Shown: in pieces, positions 1 through 7,888 of the stretch
How positions within the stretch are numbered: position 1 is the first letter of the stretch
How the letters are laid out: every line of letters begins with the position of its first letter
Assembly (NCBI GenBank): GCA_040394255.1
Contig: JBEBSP010000001.1
Coordinates: 1-47,748, forward strand
From: Agaricicola taiwanensis
Lineage (GTDB): Bacteria; Pseudomonadota; Alphaproteobacteria; Rhizobiales; Methylopilaceae
DNA: 47,748 bases
Direction of reading: 5' to 3'
Notes under the pieces: generated by a model
What the model was told of the DNA's origin: nothing
The model's database searches: none
The model's input: only the letters and a program-made list of their open reading frames with translations
Program-made: the position numbers and the translations under genes

Positions 1-90
1 CTCAAGCTGCCGCCAGATGCCTATCTCGATGCGCCAGCCGATGGCGATATCGCGGACCTCGGCCCGTCGATCGTTCGTGCGGCTGTCTGA
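1..90 (+). CDS. 3' fragment of a T3SS gene, probably SctK/YscK-like
   Basis: Frame 1 reads LKLPPDAYLDAPADGDIADLGPSIVRAAV* (TGA 88-90), directly before sctL, which is the usual sctK position. Identity is positional inference. Confidence 0.45.
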   Translation, partial: LKLPPDAYLDAPADGDIADLGPSIVRAAV

Positions 91-100
91 GGAGAAACCG

Positions 101-730
101 ATGACCGATACTCCCGACGCTTCCTCCATCAAACTTCCGGCAGGACCGGGGCGGATGATTATCCGTGCAGCGGAAGCGGCGGCATGGCGCGACGGATATC
201 AGTTCCTCGAAGCGGCCAAGCGCGAGGCGGAAGCCATCCTCGCCGCCGCGAAAGAGACCTATTACCAGGAACATGTGCGCGGCTATAATGACGGGCGAGC
301 CGAAGGAGCAAAGACCGCCAGCGGTCTCATCATCTCCACATCCGCCCAGATGGACTCCTATCTTGCCAAGGCCGAAGGCGACCTGGTGGAGTTGTCCATG
401 ACAATCGTCCGGCAGATCCTGGGCGAGATCGATTCACCCGAACTTGTGGGACGGGCGGCGACACATGCGCTTTCGGTCTTCCGGCACGAACGGGCGGTTC
501 GCGTGACCGTGCATCCCGACAACGAAGAATCCACCCGACATTTCATCGGGAGCCTCGACAATGCGGACGGCGCGTTGCCAGCCATTCATGTGGATGTGGA
601 TTCCGAGATGAGCCGTACCGGCTGCGTGGTTTCGAGCAGCAGTGCCAGCATCGATGCCAGCATCAATACTCAGTTGGCGGCGATCAGGGAAGCTTTCGCC
701 AAGACATCGGAAGAGGGACCGGCATCATGA
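101..730 (+). CDS. sctL: T3SS stator protein SctL (YscL/HrpE/FliH family)
   Basis: AxxxGxxxG-type region (HVRGYNDGRAEG) and FliH-like C-terminus (VRVTVHP...GCVV...IDASINTQL). GAGGAG RBS before ATG 101. ATGA overlap with sctN. Confidence 0.85.
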   Translation: MTDTPDASSIKLPAGPGRMIIRAAEAAAWRDGYQFLEAAKREAEAILAAAKETYYQEHVRGYNDGRAEGAKTASGLIISTSAQMDSYLAKAEGDLVELSMTIVRQILGEIDSPELVGRAATHALSVFRHERAVRVTVHPDNEESTRHFIGSLDNADGALPAIHVDVDSEMSRTGCVVSSSSASIDASINTQLAAIREAFAKTSEEGPAS

Positions 731-2076
731 ACGTGCCTGTTGTCCCCAATGTCAGCCAAAAGCTGTCCGGCCTGCTGCCCCGCCTGCATGACAAGGCCCG
801 GAATGTGGAAGGCCGCATCATCAAGGGGCGTGTGCAGCGTGTTCTCGGTGTCATCGTCTATGCCACCGTGCCGAGCGTGCGCATCGGCGAAATGTGCCGA
901 TTGGTCAATCCTGACGGGTCGGAGATCATGGCCGAAGTGGTCGGCCTGATGGACGATATGACCATCCTGACGCCGATCGGTGAAATGATCGGGCTTTCGA
1001 CATCAACCGATGTGATACCGACGGGCAAGGAACTGCGGGTCCCCGTTGGTCCTGGCCTGCTCGGGCGGGCCATCAGCCCGCTTGGCGAAGCGCTGGATGG
1101 CGGAGAGTGGCCCCCGCAGGACATAGTGACCTCCTACCCCATCCACGCCATGCCGCCGCCGCCGCTCGAGCGGCAACTCATCAGCGAGCCCATGCAATTC
1201 GGCATCCGCTCGCTCGACGGCCTTATCACCTGCGCGCGTGGGCAGCGCGTCGGGATATTCGGCGCGCCTGGCGTCGGCAAATCGACGCTCCTGTCGCAAA
1301 TCGTGCAGGGGACGGACGCCGACATGATCGTGATCGGCATGATCGGCGAGCGCGGCCGCGAGGCTCGTGAATTTCTCGAACGGCATCTCACTCCCGAAGC
1401 GCGGGCACGCACCGTCGCCGTGGTCGCCACATCCGACCGGCCGGCGATGGAGCGCGTCAAGGCTGCCCATGTCGCGACCGCGGTCGCGGAGTATTTCCGC
1501 GACCAGGGGCAGAATGTGCTTTTGCTGATGGACAGCGTCACGCGTTTCGCGCGGGCGCAGCGCGAGATCGGTCTGGCCGCCGGGGAACCCCCGACACGCC
1601 GCGGCTTTCCGCCGTCGCTCTTCGCTGCCCTGCCTCGCCTGCTGGAGCGCAGCGGGCCGGCTCCCACCGGCTCGATCACCGGCGTCTATACCGTTCTCAC
1701 GGAAGGCGACGGTACGTTCGATCCGGTGGCCGAGGAAGTTCAGTCCATTCTCGATGGACACATCATCCTGTCGATGGACCTCGCCCAGCGGAATCATTTT
1801 CCGCCAATCGATATCCTGAAGAGCCGCAGTCGTCTCATGGATACGGTGGTTTCCCGCCAGCACAGACGGAACGCAGGCCGGATCCGCGAGCTCATGTCCC
1901 TTTACGCCGAAGTCGAACTCCTGCTGAAAGTCGGCGAATACAAAAGCGGCAGCGATCCGCAGACCGACGAAGCCATCGCCAAGATCGGCGATATCAATGA
2001 CTTTCTGCGCCAGCCGGTCACCGAATATGAAACCATGCGCGATACCGTGCAGAAGATGCGGGAGCTCGTCGGGTGA
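727..2076 (+). CDS. sctN: T3SS ATPase SctN
   Basis: Walker A GAPGVGKS, IGERGRE, LLLMDSVTRFARAQREIGLAAGEPP and ILDGHIILS motifs. Confidence 0.97.
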   Translation: MNVPVVPNVSQKLSGLLPRLHDKARNVEGRIIKGRVQRVLGVIVYATVPSVRIGEMCRLVNPDGSEIMAEVVGLMDDMTILTPIGEMIGLSTSTDVIPTGKELRVPVGPGLLGRAISPLGEALDGGEWPPQDIVTSYPIHAMPPPPLERQLISEPMQFGIRSLDGLITCARGQRVGIFGAPGVGKSTLLSQIVQGTDADMIVIGMIGERGREAREFLERHLTPEARARTVAVVATSDRPAMERVKAAHVATAVAEYFRDQGQNVLLLMDSVTRFARAQREIGLAAGEPPTRRGFPPSLFAALPRLLERSGPAPTGSITGVYTVLTEGDGTFDPVAEEVQSILDGHIILSMDLAQRNHFPPIDILKSRSRLMDTVVSRQHRRNAGRIRELMSLYAEVELLLKVGEYKSGSDPQTDEAIAKIGDINDFLRQPVTEYETMRDTVQKMRELVG

Positions 2077-2600
2077 GCAACAACAAGCGCGTCATCAACC
2101 TCCTGCTCAACCTGCGTCGCCTCAGCGAAGCGCGGGCGCATGAGGCTGTCGTCGCGCGCGAAGTGGCCGTCCGTGCGGCGGAACGCTCCATGGAAACCGC
2201 ACGTGTCGTTTTGCGGCAGCACATGACGGCGTCCAACGAGCATGAGCGCCGCGCCATCGAGAGTCTCAAGTTCAAAATCATGACGTCGTCAGCCCTGGAG
2301 CGCCTGCAACTGGAACTCGACGCGCTCGAGATGGACGGCACCCTGCTGGCAAAGCAGGTCGCAATGGCCCAGTCGACCACCCGCATCCGCATCAGCGAGC
2401 TGAAAGACGCACGTCTGAATTTTCTCCAGAAGCGGCGCGAGGTCATGAAGCTCGATACCTTTTCCAAGGAACAGACCGAACGCGAGGAGCGGCAGGAAGC
2501 CGTCATCTCGGAGATTGAGGAGGGCGAGGCGCATGCCATGCGCGTTTCCGATCCCTTCAAGACAGCGAACAGCCACCATCAAAGGCGGGTCAGGACATGA
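2073..2600 (+). CDS. sctO: T3SS stalk protein SctO (YscO/FliJ-like coiled coil)
   Basis: 175 aa, E/R/K/L-rich coiled-coil pattern, immediately after sctN with a GTGA overlap. Confidence 0.7.
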   Translation: MSNNKRVINLLLNLRRLSEARAHEAVVAREVAVRAAERSMETARVVLRQHMTASNEHERRAIESLKFKIMTSSALERLQLELDALEMDGTLLAKQVAMAQSTTRIRISELKDARLNFLQKRREVMKLDTFSKEQTEREERQEAVISEIEEGEAHAMRVSDPFKTANSHHQRRVRT

Positions 2601-2632
2601 GTTCCACAGGTGAAGCCGGGAGGCCGTCGTGA
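2597..2632 (+). other. 11-codon mini-ORF MSSTGEAGRPS bridging sctO and sctQ
   Basis: ATG 2597 overlaps the sctO TGA (ATGA); its TGA 2630-2632 overlaps the sctQ GTG (GTGA). Whether it is translated is unproven. Confidence 0.45.
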
Positions 2633-3690
2633 CAGCTCATACCAGCAACACGGAAGGTGCATCCGACATACTGGCGCTTCGCACGATCACCGCCCGCGAC
2701 GTCGAGATGAACAACGCGCTGTATCGCCATCGCGACGCAACGGCCTTCGCCATCGACGGTCTGCCGGCAACCCTGCGCCTGCGCCCAACGCGCGAAGGCG
2801 AAGCGGCCGAACTCGGCTACTGGATCACATTCACGATCGGCGAGCGAGACGGCTATCTCGATCTCGACCGCGGCTTTGCCACGGCGCTGCTCAAGCGCTT
2901 CGACCCCAAATCGAAAAGCCTCCCGACGTTGCCGGCACATGTGGCCATGGCTTTCGAAGGTCTCCTGGCTCCTGTCATCGACGCATTCGAACAAGCCTTT
3001 GGTGCTCCGCTTCGCATCATGACGGCAGGGGCCGACGCTCCGCCTCATACACCAGGCCAACCTGTCGGTATGGCGCTGACCGTGGACAGCATCGGCGAAA
3101 CCCGTATCCGCCTCTATCTCCAGGATGAGGACAAGGTCGCGCTGGGGCGTTTTCTCGCCGATCGGATGCAGCCTCCCCGGCCATCGCTCGACATTGCTTT
3201 TCCAGTGGTGATCCAGCTGGCTGCGATCGAGCTCCCACTCGACGACCTCAAAAGCCTGGGTGCGGGGGACACGGTGATCGTCGTGGATACCCGGGACGAG
3301 GAACTGCAGATCGCGGCAGTGGTCGCCGACAGCTTTTTTCACCCGGTCGTACTGACGGACCAAGGCGCCAAAATCACAGGTCCCGCGCGTGTCGCGCCGA
3401 CCTTATCTCGGGAGTTACACATGTCACCTTCTGAACACGAGGACCCATCGGATCGCGATGGCGTGAAACTCGGCCACCTGCCCGTCAAAGTGGCCTTTGA
3501 AATCGGCCGCCTTGAGTTGCCCTTGAGCGAGTTGAGCGCGCTTGGAGAAGGTACGGTCCTGCCTCTGTCGCGGCCTCTCGAACAGGCCGTCGACATCGTG
3601 GCCAACGGCACACGCGTCGGCCGTGGAACCATCGTCAAGATCGGCGACAGCGTTGGCGTCGAAGTGGTCAGGATGTTCGACGGTGGCTGA
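2629..3690 (+). CDS. sctQ: T3SS cytoplasmic ring protein SctQ (SpoA/FliN-like domains)
   Basis: Two SPOA-like segments (DLKSLGAGDTV; LPVKVAFEIGRLELPLSELSALGEGTVL...VDIVANGTRVGRGTIV). GGAGG before GTG 2629. Confidence 0.9.
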   Translation: MTAHTSNTEGASDILALRTITARDVEMNNALYRHRDATAFAIDGLPATLRLRPTREGEAAELGYWITFTIGERDGYLDLDRGFATALLKRFDPKSKSLPTLPAHVAMAFEGLLAPVIDAFEQAFGAPLRIMTAGADAPPHTPGQPVGMALTVDSIGETRIRLYLQDEDKVALGRFLADRMQPPRPSLDIAFPVVIQLAAIELPLDDLKSLGAGDTVIVVDTRDEELQIAAVVADSFFHPVVLTDQGAKITGPARVAPTLSRELHMSPSEHEDPSDRDGVKLGHLPVKVAFEIGRLELPLSELSALGEGTVLPLSRPLEQAVDIVANGTRVGRGTIVKIGDSVGVEVVRMFDGG

Positions 3691-4336
3691 AGGCACCATC
3701 ACTCCTCTAGCCATGATGCTGCTGCTTGCCGCAGCAGGCTTAGCGCCCTTTTTCATCGTGACGATGACGGCATTCCTCAAGATTTCCGTCGTGATGTTCA
3801 TTGTCCGGAACGCGCTCGGCATACAGCAGGCGCCTCCGAACATCGTGCTTTATTCGATCTCCCTGATCCTGACCGTCTATGTCATGTCGCCGGTGATCGC
3901 GGATGTTCGTGGACGCCTCGATGCCGAGCCGATTTCACTGGAAACCCTCCAGGGGTTCACGGATGCGATCGAGGTCGTCAAGCAGCCGATCAAGGAGCAT
4001 CTGGCGCGGTTCGCCGAGCCGCGGCAGCGGGCTTTCTTCATGTCGGCGACGGAAGCCATCTGGCCGGAAGCCGCCCGTGAGGACATGACTGATGAGGACA
4101 TCGTCATCCTGCTTCCGGCCTTCGTGGCATCGGAACTCACACGCGCTTTCGAGATCGGTTTTCTGCTCTACCTGCCGTTCCTGGTGATCGACATCGTGGT
4201 GTCCAACGTCCTGATGGCCATGGGCATGCTGGTCGTTCAGCCGACACTGATCTCAATTCCACTCAAGCTGTTGCTGTTTGTCAGCATTGATGGCTGGACA
4301 CGGCTGATGCACGGTCTTGTGTTGAGTTACGGATGA
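3683..4336 (+). CDS. sctR: T3SS export apparatus subunit SctR
   Basis: RNALGIQQAPPN, PAFVASELTRAFEIGFLLYLPFLVID and PLKLLLFVSIDGW motifs; no FliP-type signal peptide. GTG 3683 overlaps the end of sctQ. Confidence 0.95.
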   Translation: MAEGTITPLAMMLLLAAAGLAPFFIVTMTAFLKISVVMFIVRNALGIQQAPPNIVLYSISLILTVYVMSPVIADVRGRLDAEPISLETLQGFTDAIEVVKQPIKEHLARFAEPRQRAFFMSATEAIWPEAAREDMTDEDIVILLPAFVASELTRAFEIGFLLYLPFLVIDIVVSNVLMAMGMLVVQPTLISIPLKLLLFVSIDGWTRLMHGLVLSYG

Positions 4337-4374
4337 TGCTGTCAGCCACCCTTTCCTCCGAGGCGTCCCGGTGA
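4333..4374 (+). other. 13-codon mini-ORF MMLSATLSSEASR bridging sctR and sctS
   Basis: ATG 4333 overlaps the sctR TGA (ATGA); its TGA 4372-4374 overlaps the sctS GTG (GTGA). Whether it is translated is unproven. Confidence 0.45.
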
Positions 4375-4640
4375 CACAGGATTTCGTCTACGCCAGCACC
4401 AACTCCGCCCTGATGACGGTGCTCATCCTGTCGGCACCGGTCCTGCTGGTGGCGGTTACGGTGGGTCTGGTGATCGGACTGCTTCAGGCGGTCACCCAGA
4501 TCCAGGACCAGACGCTGCCGCAAACCGTGAAGCTGCTGACCGTGCTCGTCGTCATCATCCTGTTCGGCGGCATGATGGGGAGCTATCTCGCCCAACAGGC
4601 GCTGACGATCATGACGGACTTTCCGCGCATGACGCGTTGA
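4371..4640 (+). CDS. sctS: T3SS export apparatus subunit SctS
   Basis: 89 aa with VGLVIGLLQAVTQIQDQTLP signature. Confidence 0.95.
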   Translation: MTQDFVYASTNSALMTVLILSAPVLLVAVTVGLVIGLLQAVTQIQDQTLPQTVKLLTVLVVIILFGGMMGSYLAQQALTIMTDFPRMTR

Positions 4641-4647
4641 GGCGGGT

Positions 4648-5466
4648 ATGATCCAGGACCCCAACTTCGAACCCCATGTGCTGGAAATCTATTCCTACCT
4701 GCACCTGTTCGGGTTGGCGGCGGCGCGCATGGTCGGCCTCATTATGATTATGCCCCTGTTCACGCGCATGGGCATCGCCGGAATCCGCCGTGGCGGCGTT
4801 GCACTCGCTCTGGCCGCTCCGGTCGTCCCCTATGTCTTCTCGATGGTGCCGCCCGACGCATCCATGACAAGCGGCATGCTGATCATGTTGACCGCGAAGG
4901 AGATACTGATCGGCTTCATGCTGGGCGTCCTGTTCGGCATTCCCATATGGGCGGCGGAGACGGCCGGCGAGATCCTCGACCTGCAACGAGGCTCCAGCGC
5001 GGCGCAGCTGTTCGACCCGCTGTTCATGAGCGAATTGAACATCACCGGCACGCTTCTGTCGTTGATCATGGTCGCGCTGTTCTTCACGTCCGGCGCCTTC
5101 ATGATGATGATGGGCGGCTTCTACGACAGCTTCGCGCTCTGGCCGATCACGGAACTCTGGCCCGTCGTCGACACGAAGTCGTCCTTCGTCATCCTGCGAT
5201 TGCTGGACAAGGTCATGAGCATGGCGGTCGTCCTGGCCGCGCCCGTCATGATCGCCCTGTTCCTGTCGGACGTCCTACTGGCGTTCCTGTCGCGCGCGGC
5301 GTCCAACCTTCACGTCTTCGATCTGTCGCTGAGCGTCAAGAACCTCGTCTTTACGGTCATGATGTCGGTCTACTGCGTGTTCATGATCTCCTATATGAAC
5401 GGCAATATCAGCCATGTCCTGGACGTGCCCGGCCTCATGGATGCCATCGCGCCTGACCGCCCGTAA
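4648..5466 (+). CDS. sctT: T3SS export apparatus subunit SctT
   Basis: Hydrophobic 272 aa protein with KEILIG...AGEILDLQRG and LSRAASNLHVFDLSLSVK motifs. Confidence 0.93.
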   Translation: MIQDPNFEPHVLEIYSYLHLFGLAAARMVGLIMIMPLFTRMGIAGIRRGGVALALAAPVVPYVFSMVPPDASMTSGMLIMLTAKEILIGFMLGVLFGIPIWAAETAGEILDLQRGSSAAQLFDPLFMSELNITGTLLSLIMVALFFTSGAFMMMMGGFYDSFALWPITELWPVVDTKSSFVILRLLDKVMSMAVVLAAPVMIALFLSDVLLAFLSRAASNLHVFDLSLSVKNLVFTVMMSVYCVFMISYMNGNISHVLDVPGLMDAIAPDRP

Positions 5467-5591
5467 CAGGATAGTGTCAAAAGACACGAAATTGCCGCCG
5501 ATTGGGTGTATGGTTCCCTCAGATCGCCCGGAACGTCCGGGTTCAGACAATGGCCGCAGAGCCATGTCGTGATGATGAGGAGGAGGCGGTC

Positions 5592-5870
5592 ATGCCGACC
5601 ACCTTGGAAACGCCTGCCAGCAATGCCCTCTATGCATCGATCGTCGGAACCGTCGCGGCCACGCTGGAGCGTCGCCTGACCGTTCAGGAGATCGCCGCCA
5701 GACTTGAACAGGAACCGCAGGTCGTCGGCTCCTGCATCGCCTTGCATCGTTATTTGCGTCAAAAGGCGTGTGGCCCGGTCACGGATGTCATGCTGACCTT
5801 CCCGATGCCCACCGACCTGACTGTTCCAGACCTCGACGAGGAGATCGATGAAAAGGGTCTCGGCCTCTGA
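5592..5870 (+). CDS. small hypothetical protein with an HTH-like segment and acidic tail
   Basis: AGGAGG RBS before ATG 5592. LTVQEIAARLEQEPQVVGSCI resembles a helix-turn-helix; ends DLDEEIDEKGLGL. Confidence 0.6.
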   Translation: MPTTLETPASNALYASIVGTVAATLERRLTVQEIAARLEQEPQVVGSCIALHRYLRQKACGPVTDVMLTFPMPTDLTVPDLDEEIDEKGLGL

Positions 5871-5884
5871 TGATCGCCCTTGAA

Positions 5885-5909
5885 GGAACCGCCATTGCTC
5901 CGGCGCGTT
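5885..5909 (+). promoter_or_regulatory. sigma-EcfG (SigT/RpoE2) general stress response promoter
   Basis: GGAAC(5885-5889)-N16-CGTT(5906-5909), the alphaproteobacterial EcfG consensus, ending 43 nt before ATG 5953. Confidence 0.75.
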
Positions 5910-5952
5910 GTTTGTGGGCGTGGCACTGAGGGGCCATCAAGGGAGAGATATC

Positions 5953-6132
5953 ATGGCCAATCCAAATCAAGGCGGCTACCAGAATACTGACGAACAGAAG
6001 AAGCAGCAGGAACAGCAGAATCGTCAGAACCAGCAGAACCAGCAGAACCAGAACCCGGGCCGCCAGCAGGGCGATCAGGATCCGGCCCGCCGGCAACAGG
6101 ATCAGAACCAGTCGCCCAATCAGCAGCGCTGA
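5953..6132 (+). CDS. 59-aa Gln/Asn-rich, probably disordered protein
   Basis: GGGAGAG RBS. By hand count 22 Q and 10 N in 59 aa. Has its own promoter and terminator. Confidence 0.8.
   Translation: MANPNQGGYQNTDEQKKQQEQQNRQNQQNQQNQNPGRQQGDQDPARRQQDQNQSPNQQR
6025..6051 (+). repeat. tandem 9-bp repeat (CAGAACCAG)x3, coding QNQ
   Basis: Three exact copies read directly from the sequence. Confidence 0.85.
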
Positions 6133-6153
6133 GGACGACATGACCTGACCCGG

Positions 6154-6181
6154 GCCCGCCTCTCGTTCGAGGCGGGCTTTT
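6154..6181 (+). terminator. intrinsic terminator
   Basis: GCCCGCCTC-tcgttc-GAGGCGGGC followed by TTTT. Confidence 0.8.
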
Positions 6182-6222
6182 ATCGTATAGGGAGTCAGAT
6201 TCACCGATCGGTATCCGGCACC

Positions 6223-7143
6223 ATGAACGCCTTGCCTTCTTCCGACGCGCCATATGGTGTTGCGATCGACCTCATGCCGGGCCTGCGCGGTGTCCTGGCC
6301 CGAAATCCCGGCCCTTTCACTCATACCGGCACAATGACCCACATCGTTGGGCGCGGGCGCGTCGCGATCATCGACCCCGGCCCGGACAACGCGGACCATG
6401 TGGCGGCGGTGCTGCGGGCGGTTCAGGGTGAAACCGTCACGCATATCCTGCTGACCCATACCCACCGGGACCATGCCGGCGCCTTACAGGCCTTCCATCA
6501 AGCGACCGGCGCGGTCATCGCCGGCTGCGCGCCCTATGCGCCGTCGCGCAGCCTGAACAGCGGCGAGGTCAATCCGCTCGACGCCAGCAATGATACGGCC
6601 TACCGGCCGGACCAGGAGCTTGGCGACGGGGATGGCGTCACCGGACCAGACTGGACGCTGAAAGCGGTGCCGACCCCCGGCCACACCGCCAACCACCTTG
6701 CCTTCGAACTATCTGGCACGGGGGTGCTGTTCCCCGGCGATCACGTGATGGACTGGTCGACCACCATCGTGGCTCCGCCGGATGGCTCCATGCGCGACTA
6801 TATGGCGTCGCTGGACCGTCTGCTTCAACGAAACGACCGTATCTACATGCCAGCCCATGGTGCGCCGCTGACCGACCCGAAGAACCGTCTCGCCACGCTG
6901 AAGGCCCATCGCCTCGCGCGGGAGGCTGCGATCCTGAACCGCCTTGGACAGGGCGACCGGCGGATATCTCACATCGTAGCCGCGGTTTATGCGGACCTCG
7001 ACCCACGCCTCACGCCCGCGGCCAGCCTGTCGGTGCTGGCCCACATCGAGGACCTCGCAGCCAGGGGAGTGATCCGGTCGGAGGGTGCCTCCGGCATCGA
7101 CGGCTTTTACACGCTGACCGGACCTACCGGGTCGCAGCCATGA
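6223..7143 (+). CDS. MBL-fold metallo-hydrolase (LACTB2-like)
   Basis: THTHRDH (HxHxDH), PGHTANH, GDHVM and PAHG motifs. Confidence 0.9.
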   Translation: MNALPSSDAPYGVAIDLMPGLRGVLARNPGPFTHTGTMTHIVGRGRVAIIDPGPDNADHVAAVLRAVQGETVTHILLTHTHRDHAGALQAFHQATGAVIAGCAPYAPSRSLNSGEVNPLDASNDTAYRPDQELGDGDGVTGPDWTLKAVPTPGHTANHLAFELSGTGVLFPGDHVMDWSTTIVAPPDGSMRDYMASLDRLLQRNDRIYMPAHGAPLTDPKNRLATLKAHRLAREAAILNRLGQGDRRISHIVAAVYADLDPRLTPAASLSVLAHIEDLAARGVIRSEGASGIDGFYTLTGPTGSQP

Positions 7144-7888
7144 CCTCGGCGAGATAGTCGCGTATCAGGGATGCGTTGTGGCCGAAATCGCGGCGGCCAT
7201 AGCGTGAAGCGGCACGCATGTCGATCCGGCTGCCACGTCCCGCCGCACGGATGCGGATCGCCACGTCACTCTTGAGCCCGACAATCAGCGACGAGGCCAC
7301 GGCTTCGATCCTGACCTGCGTGGCGCCCGGCGCGATCGCCTCGCCAGCTATGATCCGCCAGCCGCGTGCCCGCGCAGCCTGCAGCGCCAGGGTATGAACT
7401 TCGGCAACAGGCAGATCGGATGTGACGGGAACGATATCGGGATACCCCGCGAGTTGCACGATGGCCATGCGCTCGCCGCCGTAAACCAGGGGGTTTTCAC
7501 CTGTCATGCGCTCCGCCGCAGCGCCGGCAAAAACCGGCGGGTCGGCCACATCGGTCGTGATGTCATACAGGATGGGAAATGGCAGGCCCTTGACGATCAC
7601 ATAGGCCGGATAGGCCAGAACCGCAGCGCTCACCAGCAAAGCCAGCAGGGCGGCCTTGCCGCCACGCGTCCCGCGCACCCAGATGACCGCGAAAGCCGCG
7701 AAGGCGAGCACCCCCGCGACGGCGGCAAGCGCGAGACCGGAGCCGACGGCGGCAAGAGCGGGCACCGTCTCGATCCTGCCCGACCGCGACGCCAGCGCGG
7801 CGATGATCGACACGGGCACGGAGAACAGCGCGATCCAGCGAGCCGCAAGAGCGGTACGCGACGTGGGCTCCTCGTCGTAAGGCCTCAT
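7124..7888 (-). CDS. DUF1499-family membrane protein
   Basis: Three N-terminal TM segments, then YDITTD..DPP, YPDIVP and IDMRAASRYGRRDFGHNA motifs. ATG 7888 overlaps the M48 stop. Confidence 0.8.
   Translation of the reverse strand: MRPYDEEPTSRTALAARWIALFSVPVSIIAALASRSGRIETVPALAAVGSGLALAAVAGVLAFAAFAVIWVRGTRGGKAALLALLVSAAVLAYPAYVIVKGLPFPILYDITTDVADPPVFAGAAAERMTGENPLVYGGERMAIVQLAGYPDIVPVTSDLPVAEVHTLALQAARARGWRIIAGEAIAPGATQVRIEAVASSLIVGLKSDVAIRIRAAGRGSRIDMRAASRYGRRDFGHNASLIRDYLAEVMAATR

Noticed and set aside
17-100. N-terminal extension of sctL given in the ORF track
   Set aside because: It overlaps the upstream gene's frame, and a clear RBS precedes ATG 101.
749-766. Possible rhizobial tts box (GTCAG...AGCT)
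   Set aside because: Spacing is wrong and it lies inside sctN. A similar GTCAG at 4341 also lacks the rest of the motif.
101-5466. Flagellar export genes (fliH/I/J/N/P/Q/R)
   Set aside because: SctR lacks the FliP signal peptide and has RNALGIQQ, the Q protein is a long two-SPOA form, and no fliO or other flagellar gene is present.
5885-5912. HrpL hrp box (GGAACC-N15/16-CCACNNA) tied to the T3SS
   Set aside because: The -10 element is CGTT, not CCAC, which fits EcfG.
5788-6474. Minus-strand ORF with a Leu/Val-rich membrane-like stretch
   Set aside because: It is the antisense shadow of the CAG/AAC repeats of the Q/N gene.
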